A stretch of DNA of 64,000 bases from positions 10,903-74,902 of the forward strand of contig CBDBHI010000028.1 in NCBI GenBank assembly GCA_965205595.1, given 5' to 3'. A program made the translations under genes and the position numbers. Below the pieces are notes generated by a model, which was given only the letters and a program-made list of their open reading frames with translations, made no database searches and was not told where the DNA came from. The stretch comes from Bryobacterales bacterium. Lineage in GTDB: Bacteria; Acidobacteriota; Terriglobia; Bryobacterales; UBA6623. Positions 50,415-62,371 of the stretch are shown here, piece by piece. How positions within the stretch are numbered: the first letter of the stretch is position 1; every line of letters begins with the position of its first letter.

Positions 50415-52044
50415 GATTTGAACCTAACCGCTACGCGGTGGGTGGCAGCGAAGCTGTGCAGGGCAAGCCAAGCAGTGGTGGTCGGCTTGGCTGAGTCAAG
50501 AAGAATCCGTCATCATCAACGGCATCTGTCATCAAGCATCAGTCGAGCAGGATACGGGGCGTCAGCAACGGCCGACGCTGGCCGCGGTGGTGCGAGCCTA
50601 TGGGGAGGAGTATCTCGGACAGACTCCGACTTCGGTTCAACAGCGCCGTGCCCTGACAGACATCGCAGCGTGCCGCACGCCGGCGCTAGGCGGCCACGTC
50701 TACGAGTGCGACGAATGCGGTCAGCGTAAGACCAGCGGCAACCCCTGCGGCAACCGGCACTGTCCGCAATGCCAAGGCGCGGCGCGAGCACAGTGGCTCG
50801 AGAAGCGGTTACTCGATCTGCTGCCGGTGGTCTACTTCCACGTCGTGTTCACACTGCCACATCTACTGGGTCCGTTAGCGCTGCAGAATCCGCGCGTCGT
50901 CTACGGCATCCTGTTTCGCGCCGTCGCCGAGACTTTGCTCGAGCTGGGCGAGACTCGACGAGCGGCTCGTTTCGGCTTCCTGGCCGTGTTGCATACGTGG
51001 GGGCAAAGCGTCGAGCATCACGCGCACCTACACACGGTAGTTCCCTCCGGCGGCATCGCCCTGGACGATTCGCGTTGGGTGCGTTTGAAGGGCAAGCGCT
51101 TCTTCCTGCCGGCGCGGGTGTTGCGTCATCTCTTTCGAGCGAAGGTCCTCGACTACTTGCGGCAAGCCTTCCTCGGCGGCGAACTCGAGTTTCACGGTCG
51201 CATCGAGCATTTGGCGGATGAGGGCGAGTTCCGATGCCTGCTAGCGGCGACCAAGCGCAAAGCTTGGGTAGTACATGCCAAGCCCCCCTTCGGCGGACCG
51301 CAGACGGCGTTGGGCTACCTGGCGCGCTACACCCACCGCGTGGCGATCTCCAACGAACGGCTGCTCTCGATCAAAGATGGTCGCGTGTGCTTCGCCTACA
51401 AGGACTACTCCCAGCAAAGTCGACCACGCGAGATGACGCTCGACGCCAACGAGTTCCTGCGACGCTATCTGCTGCACGTCTTGCCGCGGGGTTTCGTGCG
51501 CATTCGCTATTACGGGTTCCTAGCCAACTGCCATCGTCGCCAAAAGCTGGCGCGGGCTCGCGAGTTGCTGGCGACTCCCGCACCTGAAGCAACCCCCCCG
51601 AACGGCGCCCGCGTCCTGGTCCACCGCTGTCGACGTTGCGGTCGGGGACGCATGCTGTTAGTCGCAACCTTCGACGCGGAGCTACCCGCGACGGTGATTG
51701 TCTTCGACAGCTCTTAGCGCCATGTCCTCAACCACGCCTCTCGTCGTTCGTGACTGGCCCGTCGTAGGCGCGCCAAAGCTGTGTCCGGCACGCTCATTCG
51801 AGCTTCTTCGGCCTTTCCAACAAGGTCCAGATTGGCCTCAGATCCCCGCAAAAGTGCCGCAACGGCGAGAGTCCAAGATCTTGAACAGACTCTTTGCCGC
51901 TCCCCCGAGAGCACCCCAGACAATAGAAACCCCTAAGCCCGTTCGGCTCCGCGGTTAGCTTCAAATCGTTGTACCGCTTGCGACAACTTTCCCGTTTGGC
52001 CACGCTCCTCCTGTCACGTCGCCAGCGGTACAACACTCAGATTT
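50415..52044 (+). mobile_element. IS91-like element 2, lacking the recombinase gene
   Basis: Direct repeat GATTT at 50415-50419 and 52040-52044; same end architecture as element 1. Confidence 0.78.
50587..51717 (+). CDS. IS91-family Y2/HUH transposase (homology begins about 50566)
   Basis: CRTPALGG, CDEC, CGNRHCPQCQ, HTW...HAHLH, YLARYTHR. Confidence 0.92.
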   Translation: MVRAYGEEYLGQTPTSVQQRRALTDIAACRTPALGGHVYECDECGQRKTSGNPCGNRHCPQCQGAARAQWLEKRLLDLLPVVYFHVVFTLPHLLGPLALQNPRVVYGILFRAVAETLLELGETRRAARFGFLAVLHTWGQSVEHHAHLHTVVPSGGIALDDSRWVRLKGKRFFLPARVLRHLFRAKVLDYLRQAFLGGELEFHGRIEHLADEGEFRCLLAATKRKAWVVHAKPPFGGPQTALGYLARYTHRVAISNERLLSIKDGRVCFAYKDYSQQSRPREMTLDANEFLRRYLLHVLPRGFVRIRYYGFLANCHRRQKLARARELLATPAPEATPPNGARVLVHRCRRCGRGRMLLVATFDAELPATVIVFDSS

Positions 52045-53608
52045 AGCGAAAGCCTCTATGTCGTTTGTTTCGATCCAGATACGGCTAGCCATCGCAAGAA
52101 CCAATCATTGGATGTTGACGGCGACTGGATTGGCAGCGACGCCATCAAACACGAACTTAACTTCGACTTCGCCTCGTCCTGCGAGCGATGGGGGGAGCGG
52201 ACCGACAACGGCCTGGTCCAAACCGTCAAACTGACCCTGCGCCACCGCGCCCAAGACGGGTACATTGACCCCTCCGACCGTGGCGGACACCGATGAGTGA
52301 AAGCGGAAGCCTGTTCCGAAAATGCTAAGGAACACTTGGTCCTCCCCGGGGTTCAAGGCGACCGGAAGATTTTGCCTCGGGACCGACACTGTGCTGAAGG
52401 TGAACCCTTCCGTCCGTGCTCCGTCCGCCGCGACACGTAGGTATGTCGCCGCCGCCGGCCCCATTCCGCTTGCGTTGGCTGAGAAGAGTCCAGGAGCGAC
52501 GGCCTCGATTCGTACACCAGCGGTGGCACGGCCGTCGCTAGTAACTTCGACTAGCGCGTCGCCCGCCGCGGTTCCCTTTGGGATAAGAAAGTTGAGCTGA
52601 CTCGGCGCGACAAACTGCAACCGAGCCGGACGCCACGTCCCTGTACTGTCACGGACCGAGACGCTAGTTCCGCCAAGTGATGTCGGGAGTCCGCCGACGG
52701 CCACGACGAGGCTGTCCGCCAGATTTTCTCCAAAGAGGGTCACCCACATTTCGGGTGCAATCCGATCGCTCGTGAAACTAGCGGCGCTGACGACTCCAGT
52801 GGTGGTGAATCTAGGTGCTGGCGTAATCGGCACAGCTTCAACGGCCATGCCAACTACGGGCAAGACGACCTCGGCGACATTCGGATCGCTGCTGCGAATA
52901 GTGAGTGCGGTTTCAAACCTTCCCACTGATTCGGGAGCGAACGAAACTTGAACGAATCCGTTCTCACCCGGACCGATACTGAGGTCGCTCGCGCCAGCTT
53001 GAGTAGAGAACGCGGCTGCTCCAGCTAAGCTCCACTCAACCTCTAGGTCAACGAGGCTGGGGTTCGCAATCTTCAACGACTGGCTAGGCATCGATCCTAC
53101 CGTCACCGCCTCGAAGAAAACGATCTCGCTCTCGATGAGCATCCGGGGTGTCTGCCCGTCAGTTCCAGTGCCTTCAATAGTCACCGCCGATTCAGGCTGG
53201 TCGGTATCGTTGGTTCTAACCGTGAGATTCGCGGTCTGCACGCCCTCGGCTGACGGCTGGAACCGAATGGAAACGTTGCGGCTATCACCGGAGATGATTA
53301 CCAGCGGAAAGTTTCTCGTTAAGACTTCGAACTGATCCGAATCACTTGCGACAGACGTGACGTCGAGAGGTCCACTACCGGTGTTCTGGAGCGCGACCGA
53401 GCCAACAACGATCTGACCGACCACCGCTTCGCCAAGATTCACCGGAGTCTCGCTGACGGCAAGGTGCGGCTGCTGAACCACGTTGACCGGGCCAACTTCC
53501 GCCTCGGTACGGTGAAAGCCGTCGCTGCCTGTGACGCGGAATCTTACCTCCGAACCGCCGCGAATCTCAGATGGGTCGAAGCGAATCTCGGTCGCATCAA
53601 GGCCGGTG

Positions 53609-55218
53609 CGTCTTGTCCAATACAAGATGAGCCTGAAGGGAGGGGTGATTCCAACACAAGATGAGCCTGGAGGTAATTTGGGCAAGGTCGATTAGGAACA
53701 GGCAAACTGCGGGCGATGGGAGTCGCCGTGCAGCAAGCCGAATCAGTGAGTCTCGATGAGATCGAGAGTTTTCTCGACGGGTGTGGGTCCGTCGAGTTCC
53801 AGGCCGGAAGTCGAGCGGATAAATACGCGCTCGTCGAAGGCGTCCTGAAGAGGCATCATTATGCCGACCAGAAGCGCTCGGTTAAAGGATTGTTGAGACG
53901 CTTCCTGAGCAAGCTAACCGGCTTAAGCCGCGCCCAATTGACTCGCCTCATCGGGCAGTTTTTGCGCGAAAAGTGCGTTCGGCCGACAGCCTATCGAAGG
54001 CGCCGCTTCCCCACCAAGTACAGCCGCGCCGACATCGTTCTCCTGGCGCATGTCGACCAAGTACAGCAACGTCTCTCCGGGCCGGCGACGCGTCGCATTC
54101 TCCAGCGCGAGTTCCAAATCTACAACCGCAAGGAGTTCGAACGCCTTGCCGAACTGTCGGTGGGACACCTCTACAACTTGCGCAAACGCGCCGTCTACCG
54201 GCGACACAGTTTGCATCTCGACAAGACTCGACCGACACCCGTGGCGATCGGCGAACGCCGCCAACCCGAGCCGCGAGGACGTCCGGGCTACCTGCGCATC
54301 GACACCGTGCACTCGCCCGAACAGGAAGGCGAAAAAGGCGCCTACAGCATCAATGTGGTCGACGAAGTGACGCAGTGGCAGGCCGTCGGCTGCGTCCAAC
54401 GCATCAACGAAAATCACCTCATTCCCTTGCTGGAAGGCCTTTTGGAACAATTTCCATTTATCGTTCGCGGCTTTCACTCCGACAATGGCAGCGAATTCGT
54501 CAACCATCAAACCGCTAAACTGCTCGAGAAGTTGCGAATTGAATTTACGAAGTCGCGCGCGCGCCGTTCGAACGACAATGCCTTGGTCGAAACCAAGAAC
54601 GGCGCGGTGGTGCGCAAGTGGATGGGCTACCAGTTTTTGCCCTCGGAAGCGACGCAGGCGATCGACACCTTCTACCGCCAGTGGCTCAACCCGTACTTGA
54701 ATTTTCATCGCCCATGCGCTTTCGCCAGCGAGCGCCGAGACCGCCGCGGCAAGTTGCGCAAGGTGTACGCCGAGTGGAGCACGCCGTGGGAAAAGCTGCT
54801 CAGCCTGCCCGCCGAGCAGCGCGGCCTGCGCGCGGATCGCTCGCTCAAGAAGCTCCAAGCGCGAGCGGACACTTGTTCCGACACCGAGTTTGCCGAGCAA
54901 CTCGACGCTCAGCGCAACGAACTGCAACGCGTCTGCAAAGACCTCGCGATCTGCTGGCGCACGCGCTAGACAACGCCCCGACCCGAGGCGTTGTCGGCTC
55001 CTCCGGCCCACGTCCGAAGACGGCCGTGGGGTCTCGCCTGGGATGGCTGCAAAGGGGGATTGGGGTGCCGCCCCTTCCCCCTTATGCAATCCCCCTCACC
55101 CCGCCCTACGAAGCCACAAATAGCTGTAGCCGCCGACCTCAACTCACGCTATAATCCCCCTCAACCCGCAGCTGCTTCGCCTCTCTCCTTCAGGCTCATC
55201 TTTCAATTGGAAAAGAGG
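53609..55218 (+). mobile_element. IS element, copy 2 (same family as 16913-18487)
   Basis: Same termini CGTCTTG...AAAAGAGG; 4-bp TSD GGTG at 53605-53608 and 55219-55222; extra internal copy of left IR at about 53650-53669. Confidence 0.92.
53716..54969 (+). CDS. DDE transposase (integrase core)
   Basis: C-terminal portion identical in protein sequence to 16983-18236. Confidence 0.93.
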   Translation: MGVAVQQAESVSLDEIESFLDGCGSVEFQAGSRADKYALVEGVLKRHHYADQKRSVKGLLRRFLSKLTGLSRAQLTRLIGQFLREKCVRPTAYRRRRFPTKYSRADIVLLAHVDQVQQRLSGPATRRILQREFQIYNRKEFERLAELSVGHLYNLRKRAVYRRHSLHLDKTRPTPVAIGERRQPEPRGRPGYLRIDTVHSPEQEGEKGAYSINVVDEVTQWQAVGCVQRINENHLIPLLEGLLEQFPFIVRGFHSDNGSEFVNHQTAKLLEKLRIEFTKSRARRSNDNALVETKNGAVVRKWMGYQFLPSEATQAIDTFYRQWLNPYLNFHRPCAFASERRDRRGKLRKVYAEWSTPWEKLLSLPAEQRGLRADRSLKKLQARADTCSDTEFAEQLDAQRNELQRVCKDLAICWRTR

Positions 55219-57489
55219 GGTGGCTAGAGATCGCCAATTGCTACCGCCATCGGGTGAGTACAGCACCGAGTAACGCAGCGTATCATCATCGGCGTCGTTA
55301 CCCGCCCAACGAATGACTTGTTCCGAGGAGTCCTCCCATCGATCACCGGCTATCGGCGTTTGAATCTGAACGGTCGGGGCGCTTTGCGAGGCGGCTACGA
55401 AGTCGAGTTCCGCGCCGAGGCGTTGGAAGGATACACGAGCTGTCCCAACGGGAACGGAGACCAGTCGCGAGAACGATTGCCCATCGAGGTCCGCACTGCT
55501 TTCACTATGTTTGAAATTGAGAGCAAAACAGTGCTCATCCAGTAGAGTTCCTACCGCATCGATGAACTGCAGGCAAAATTCTCCTCCGGGTGCGGGAGTA
55601 TTCGCCTCCATCACTGCGGTGAAGCGATGTATGTCATGTAACTCGCCAGTTAGTCCGACTTTGTCGGCTCGGCCGCTGATAAATGCCAGATCGCTAAGCG
55701 CCTGCCTTGTCTCGCCAGGTGAAAGCAATGCGGGCTGGAACTCGGTCGGCTCGAAATCCCCGGCGAACAGAAATGCGTAGTGGAAGGGGGAGATCCACGT
55801 CTTCTTATAGGAACAGGTACCCATCACGTCGTACCTGATGTCCGGATGGTCTACAGGTTTCCCGACCCTAATGCTGTTTGCGAGGGGAAACGCCCCGTGC
55901 TCCTGAATACTGGGATCGGGGAACGGCCAGCGCGATGCTCCCGCCGTCTCCTGACCGCCGTTAGGGCACTTGGTCCGATCGGCGTGTCTAAGACCGAAAT
56001 TGTGCCCGATCTCGTGCGCGATGGTCATCAGAGTGGGATCGGGGCCAATGTATGGGGCTTGCCGGCCGTCCAGCACGACCGCCACACGCCCTTGATAGCC
56101 TGCCCCCTTCGCCGCCGCCACACCGAGGATTTGCGGCCCGAACTCGCGTGTGTATCCGAGGGGTGCCCGGCCGACAGGCACCCCATCACTGTCTTCGCCT
56201 AGGGGAATCAGCCCCGGCACGATCCCAATGAGCTGGTCGAATGTCGGCCGGCCGTTCGAGGCGTCAGCCACATCAACGTATATTTCCTCCAAGCGTTCGA
56301 ATATTTCTTCAATATGAAATGTACCGTCCCCTTCCAGAAATTGCATCGGCAAATCGAGAGAGAGATTCGGGCGCTCAAGGGCGGTGAACTCAAACAGATC
56401 ATCCGCCACGGGGAACCGCGCTCCGGCGATTTCGCCATAATCTCCAAGAACCGCCCCCGGACAATATAGTTCACCACGGAACCGCAAACATACCGGCATG
56501 TAGCGGACCCTCAGCGGTGGCCGTGCCTGGAACCGCAGCGGCTTCGTCTGAGCGGCATTGTTTTCAAAATCGCTTTCCTTGACCGTGCGATCCGGGTTCA
56601 CCTCGGCGGAGACCCTGAAATTGCCGACGAGATCTTTAGAAAGGTTGCCAGCAATCGACACGTTATAGGAATGCGTTTTGTCGCCGCGGAACGGGGCTTC
56701 TGTGATCACAGTGTCACGCCAATTGACATCAATATCGAAAATTTCTTCATCGTCCTCGATCGAAATCTTCACCGGCACGCCGGTCTGGTCGGGTCCCGAG
56801 TTCACCAGCTTCGGAAATACACGAATCATGAACGCCTTCCCATTTACGAGGGGGATGGAGTTGATTTCGTCTTGGACTACTTGAACAACCTCGATGTGGT
56901 CGATCGCGAAGTCTGGGCGTGGTTCGCTGATGACACGAATCACGCCCGAGCTGGCGATGATCGGGTTCGAGCCAGCCATCCCTGTGTTGATTTGGCGTAG
57001 CGTCAGCCGGAACTCAAGCGGCTCGGCCGGCTGCGGAGGGTCCGTGCGTTGCACGCCAGCCGGCCGAGGAACTCGAACAACAGTCGGCAAAAAGCCGGTC
57101 GCGCCGGTGACGGTGCCGGCGCCGGTGAGACCGATACTACCGTCGAAAGGGGTCACTGCGGTCGTGAGCATCTGGTTTGGAAAATTGTGCTCCAGGCCGG
57201 CGCTGGCGACGACATCTTCAGGAATGTTGTAGCTGTAGCTGACCGCGGTAATCTCGAAGTCCTGGCCGGAAAACGCCGCCCAAGCATTGGTCTCACCCGG
57301 AGTGAAGCGCATCACTTCGCTGGTCGGCTGGACGACGTTGCGAACAAAGTCGACGAAGCGGACTTCTACCCAGTGCAGGGTGGCTGAGACCTGAGCCTGC
57401 GCCGACAGCGCGGCGAACGCGAGGCAACTGGCGATTATTAGCAGGCCCGCGGACGACGATCGCTGAAACATCACAGCAGTACCGACCTC

Positions 57490-57755
57490 GGCGCGAACAT
57501 TGGCCGCTCTGCCACCTGGATGGCGATATCCGGAGCTTCGCCGCGCTTAAGCGGGCGCACCTCGAACTTCTCGCTCATTGTCGGGCCTTCAATGTATACC
57601 ACGCCGATGTAAACATGAGTTTTAGCCTTATCGGTTTCATGGACCGCCGCTACGTTGGGGTAATCGATTGCATCCGCCGCCTTGTGGACCACGCCCATCT
57701 CGCCCACACCGAGCCTGTCGAGGATCTAGTAGTGGCTGATCGTTTGGCCGATCGC
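57490..57755 (-). pseudogene. Degraded N-terminal remnant of a Hanks-type Ser/Thr kinase
   Basis: IGQTISHY*ILDRLGVGEMGVVHKAAD...YPNVAAVHE...DIAIQVAE, with a stop and an internal deletion. Confidence 0.75.
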
Positions 57756-58061
57756 GACACCCCAATTTTAGCGTTGAACTGCTACCGGCCCAATACGTAG
57801 TGAAAACAAACGATGCCACAAACTCTCATGCCAAAGCCTGTCAAATTCCCGCCAACCGCGCTTTAAGGACCTGTTCAAGCGGTTTAGAGCGATTTCAGAG
57901 TGCCGTCAGCTCAGCGTGAAAATAATTTAAATAATCTATCCGTCGGACTGCTCGAATGGACGCTCCGAGGTGCCGTCGGCAGATACGGAGCAGCGTCGCG
58001 ATCTGTCAGCGCTGGGCGCGCTTCCGCTTTTGGGGATCGTCGGTACTGAGAAAAACCCAGC

Positions 58062-59447
<1,386 letters not shown>

Positions 59448-59485
59448 TGCGAACCTCCAGTTTAGCCCAGAGGTGCGCCGCCCCC

Positions 59486-60157
59486 TTAGCCGCTGGATTT
59501 CGATCGGACGTAAAGGCCACGCTGAATGCGATCTCGCTCTTGGCGCTTGAACCGCAAAGTGCCGCGCATCACCTCAAGCAGCTCCGACGGGCTCCACGGC
59601 CCACTCATGACACCCGATTTGCCATGGTGAACCCCGAATAGGTGCGCCAGTTCGTGGGCAAGTACATAACCCAAGATCCGCACTTCGCGGAGCCTGGCGC
59701 TGCCCACCTCAAGCCCCAGGCTGACAGGTCGCGCCGGACCGCCGGCTAGAGCTTGCACACGTGGCCAATAAACGCTGGCGTAAGTGCCCCGGGAGCGATC
59801 TGAAACCAAGTGCGCCCGCCCGAATTCGACGCCCGAGTCGGTCAGTTTCGCCATCATCTCAGGGGACAAGATGCGCAGTACTTTGGTCGTCGGTCCGCGC
59901 TTGGCGCCGCAGCGCGCGTCGATGTCGGCCAGGCCCGGGGTGCAGTTAAGCCATCGAGTTTCGATACCCGCGCGCCGAAACACAGCCCGCGAAGTCGCGG
60001 TCGCCGGCCGCAACACGGAGCCCGGGACCCCAGCGAAATCCTGGACGCGAACGTCGACAACGAGACGAGCCTCATGCTCAAGACTAAGACCCTCGGCTCC
60101 AAGGGTTTGCCAGAGAAGTAAGGCCGGAACCGAAAGAACTACTGCAGTTCTGAACAC
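59486..60157 (-). CDS. Secreted hypothetical protein with HExxH motif
   Basis: Signal peptide; LGYVLAHELAHLFGVHH...GVM. Confidence 0.75.
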   Translation of the reverse strand: MFRTAVVLSVPALLLWQTLGAEGLSLEHEARLVVDVRVQDFAGVPGSVLRPATATSRAVFRRAGIETRWLNCTPGLADIDARCGAKRGPTTKVLRILSPEMMAKLTDSGVEFGRAHLVSDRSRGTYASVYWPRVQALAGGPARPVSLGLEVGSARLREVRILGYVLAHELAHLFGVHHGKSGVMSGPWSPSELLEVMRGTLRFKRQERDRIQRGLYVRSKSSG

Positions 60158-60419
60158 AAGACTCGCCCCTTACGTCGCATTGACAGGGGTGAGTGTGCGC
60201 CCAGATCGGCCTCAAAAGCGATAGACGCGAGATCCAATCTAAGTCGAACTTTTCTCGAAACGATGTAGATCGACAACTAACTCATTTGATTGAAGTTAGG
60301 TCGAAACATATATTGGCCGTGGCCGTTTTGGAATCGATTCTTCGCTTATCTAATCAATGACCAAGATAATTCGTTTAACCGTAATCATATACTTGACACA
60401 AGGTCATCATTGTAGTACA

Positions 60420-60572
60420 CTAGTCTTGTGAGTTGGTTAACTTCTTTTCTTTCAGTTCTTTCGAGTCCTTCTCATGAGCTACTCTGTGAAGCTCCTCACG
60501 CGCCTTCTTCGGGAAGATCCTTTTCAGGGCTTCTTCCGTTGTCAGATCCTTCGCTGGTTTCTTTCTAGGCAT
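60420..60572 (-). CDS. 50-aa divergent ORF inside IS1595 (not in ORF track)
   Basis: MPRKKPAKDLTTEEALKRIFPKKAREELHRVAHEKDSKELKEKKLTNSQD; ATG 4 bp from the transposase ATG. Confidence 0.55.
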   Translation of the reverse strand: MPRKKPAKDLTTEEALKRIFPKKAREELHRVAHEKDSKELKEKKLTNSQD

Positions 60573-60576
60573 AACT

Positions 60577-61467
60577 ATGAGCACTGCCAATATCGACTTA
60601 ATGACTTTGATGGACCGCTTCCACTCCGAGGAAAAGTGCTTGGAGTATTTAGAAGGTCTCCGCTGGCCGGATGGCGTCCACTGTCCCCGTTGTGACTCTG
60701 ATAAGATTTCACGGATTGTAAAACGTGCCCAATACGATTGTGATTCATGCCGCTACCAGTTCTCCGTCAAGGCAGGAACAATTTTCCATGACTCCCACTT
60801 GCCACTGCGTAAGTGGTTCGCCGCTGTCTATTTGATGTGTGAGGCACGCAAAGGGGTTTCGGCTAACCAGTTGAAAAGAACGTTGAAGGTCGCCTACAAG
60901 ACCGCGTGGTACCTCTGCCACCGTATTCGAGCAGCACTGAAGGATGCTGATACCAAACCTCTTGACGACACTGTTGAAGTTGACGAGACATTTGTTGGCG
61001 GAAAGATCAGAGGTAGGGGACGAGGGTACCGCGACAACAAAGATATGGTACTTGGTGCTATTGAGCGTGGCGGCTCTATCCGGCTGAGGGTTGAAAAGAG
61101 AAGGGACCGAAAGACACTTCACAAATTTATTGAGGATACTGCCCCAGATGCTAAACGGGTGTTCACTGATGACTTTCCAGCCTACAAGGGCATTGCTGAC
61201 GAGAAGACACAACACGAAACGGTGAACCATTCGGCTGACGAGTATGTCCGTGGTGATGTCCATACGAATAGCATTGAAGGGGCCTTCTCGCTCTTCAAGC
61301 GGTCGATTGTAGGCGCTTACCATCAAGTCAGCACCAAGCACCTTCCAGCGTACCTAGACGAGTTTGAGTTCCGGTTTGACAATCGTGATAACCCATATCT
61401 GTTCCGGGATACACTGCTGCGGTTGATTGGATCTGAATCTCTGAAGTATGATGACTTGGTTGCATAA
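60577..61467 (+). CDS. IS1595 transposase
   Basis: RWPDG..CPRC..CDSC zinc ribbon, VEVDET, TDD, VNH, HTNSIEG, YLDEF. Confidence 0.95.
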   Translation: MSTANIDLMTLMDRFHSEEKCLEYLEGLRWPDGVHCPRCDSDKISRIVKRAQYDCDSCRYQFSVKAGTIFHDSHLPLRKWFAAVYLMCEARKGVSANQLKRTLKVAYKTAWYLCHRIRAALKDADTKPLDDTVEVDETFVGGKIRGRGRGYRDNKDMVLGAIERGGSIRLRVEKRRDRKTLHKFIEDTAPDAKRVFTDDFPAYKGIADEKTQHETVNHSADEYVRGDVHTNSIEGAFSLFKRSIVGAYHQVSTKHLPAYLDEFEFRFDNRDNPYLFRDTLLRLIGSESLKYDDLVA

Positions 61468-61473
61468 CACACT

Positions 61474-62349
61474 CTAGGGTCGCCCAGATTTTTGATCTTC
61501 ACCGCCGAAGCGTCGTCGTATAGCATCCATTGGAATTGATCCTTTGATGTTTAGACCCCACATCCGCTCATCAAACAAAGTTGTTCCAGGCTCACTTATT
61601 AAGTAGAATCTCTGCATCCAGAAATTGGCTCCGTCCACAACCCTGGAGTATTGGAGGACAACTCGCATTACCCTTGTCCCTCCTGGTCCGCTTGGATCAG
61701 TAATCACGGTATTCATCTGGCGTAATACATTACTGCAATCGACAGTAAACGACTCCCGTTTCTCACTAGGAAGGCTAGAGATTAGATACTCTTTGAGGCT
61801 TATACTATTTGGAAGTTTTAGCACAAGTCCATCAGCGTAGCTTGCAATGATACAGTGTGTTCTAATTCTTATATCTTTCAAGTCAACAAGTCCAGAATTG
61901 AACACTTCTAGCCTAAATCGTCCTACCTCTTCATCAAAATCAACTCTGGACTTGGACTCTATCTTCACAACCGGGGGCGTAAGTGCCCTCAAGCGATCAA
62001 TCTCAGTATTGGCGTTTACTAGATCCCCCCTCAACGTGGATAGATCAGACATCAACATGGAGTTTTGCTTTTTCTCTTCGGTGCTGATCCTGGCTGGAGT
62101 TACAAGAAATAACACCCATACAAAGACTGCCGCCGCCGCTAAGAGAATGTACTTTCCAGTTCTCTTCCAAGCATCCAGGGAAGTTCGTTTTAGTTCTTTC
62201 ATGCCTCCCTCCCGAAATGCTGTGGCAACATAAATAATTGCGACAAAGACGAAAGCAAGCAAAGGCTTGTCCGCTGCAATTGACCAAGTAGATTCAACAG
62301 ACTTTTCAATCGCCAACTTCCAATAGGACAGCCAGTCAAAGAATGACAT
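61474..62349 (-). CDS. Passenger membrane protein of unknown function
   Basis: 291 aa, two TM helices, coiled coil, beta-rich C-terminus; lies inside the IRs. Confidence 0.75.
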   Translation of the reverse strand: MSFFDWLSYWKLAIEKSVESTWSIAADKPLLAFVFVAIIYVATAFREGGMKELKRTSLDAWKRTGKYILLAAAAVFVWVLFLVTPARISTEEKKQNSMLMSDLSTLRGDLVNANTEIDRLRALTPPVVKIESKSRVDFDEEVGRFRLEVFNSGLVDLKDIRIRTHCIIASYADGLVLKLPNSISLKEYLISSLPSEKRESFTVDCSNVLRQMNTVITDPSGPGGTRVMRVVLQYSRVVDGANFWMQRFYLISEPGTTLFDERMWGLNIKGSIPMDAIRRRFGGEDQKSGRP

Positions 62350-62371
62350 GTTCGCAAGACTATCACCCCAT

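Larger units (their letters stand above)
52105..57474 (-). pseudogene. Large secreted modular protein (Zn-metallopeptidase, Ig-like domains, TIGR03437-like C-terminus) interrupted by IS copy 2
   Basis: Signal peptide; HEIGHNFGLRH; NTGSGPL Ig-like repeats; VVSAAS...LPTSLGG...APGLFSAN...GLDQ; IS removal restores ...RSLATGLDA... Confidence 0.88.

Noticed and set aside
44139-52100. Classical integron with gene cassettes
   Set aside because: No RYYYAAC...GTTRRRY attC sites after the individual genes; the hairpins belong to the IS91-like element ends.
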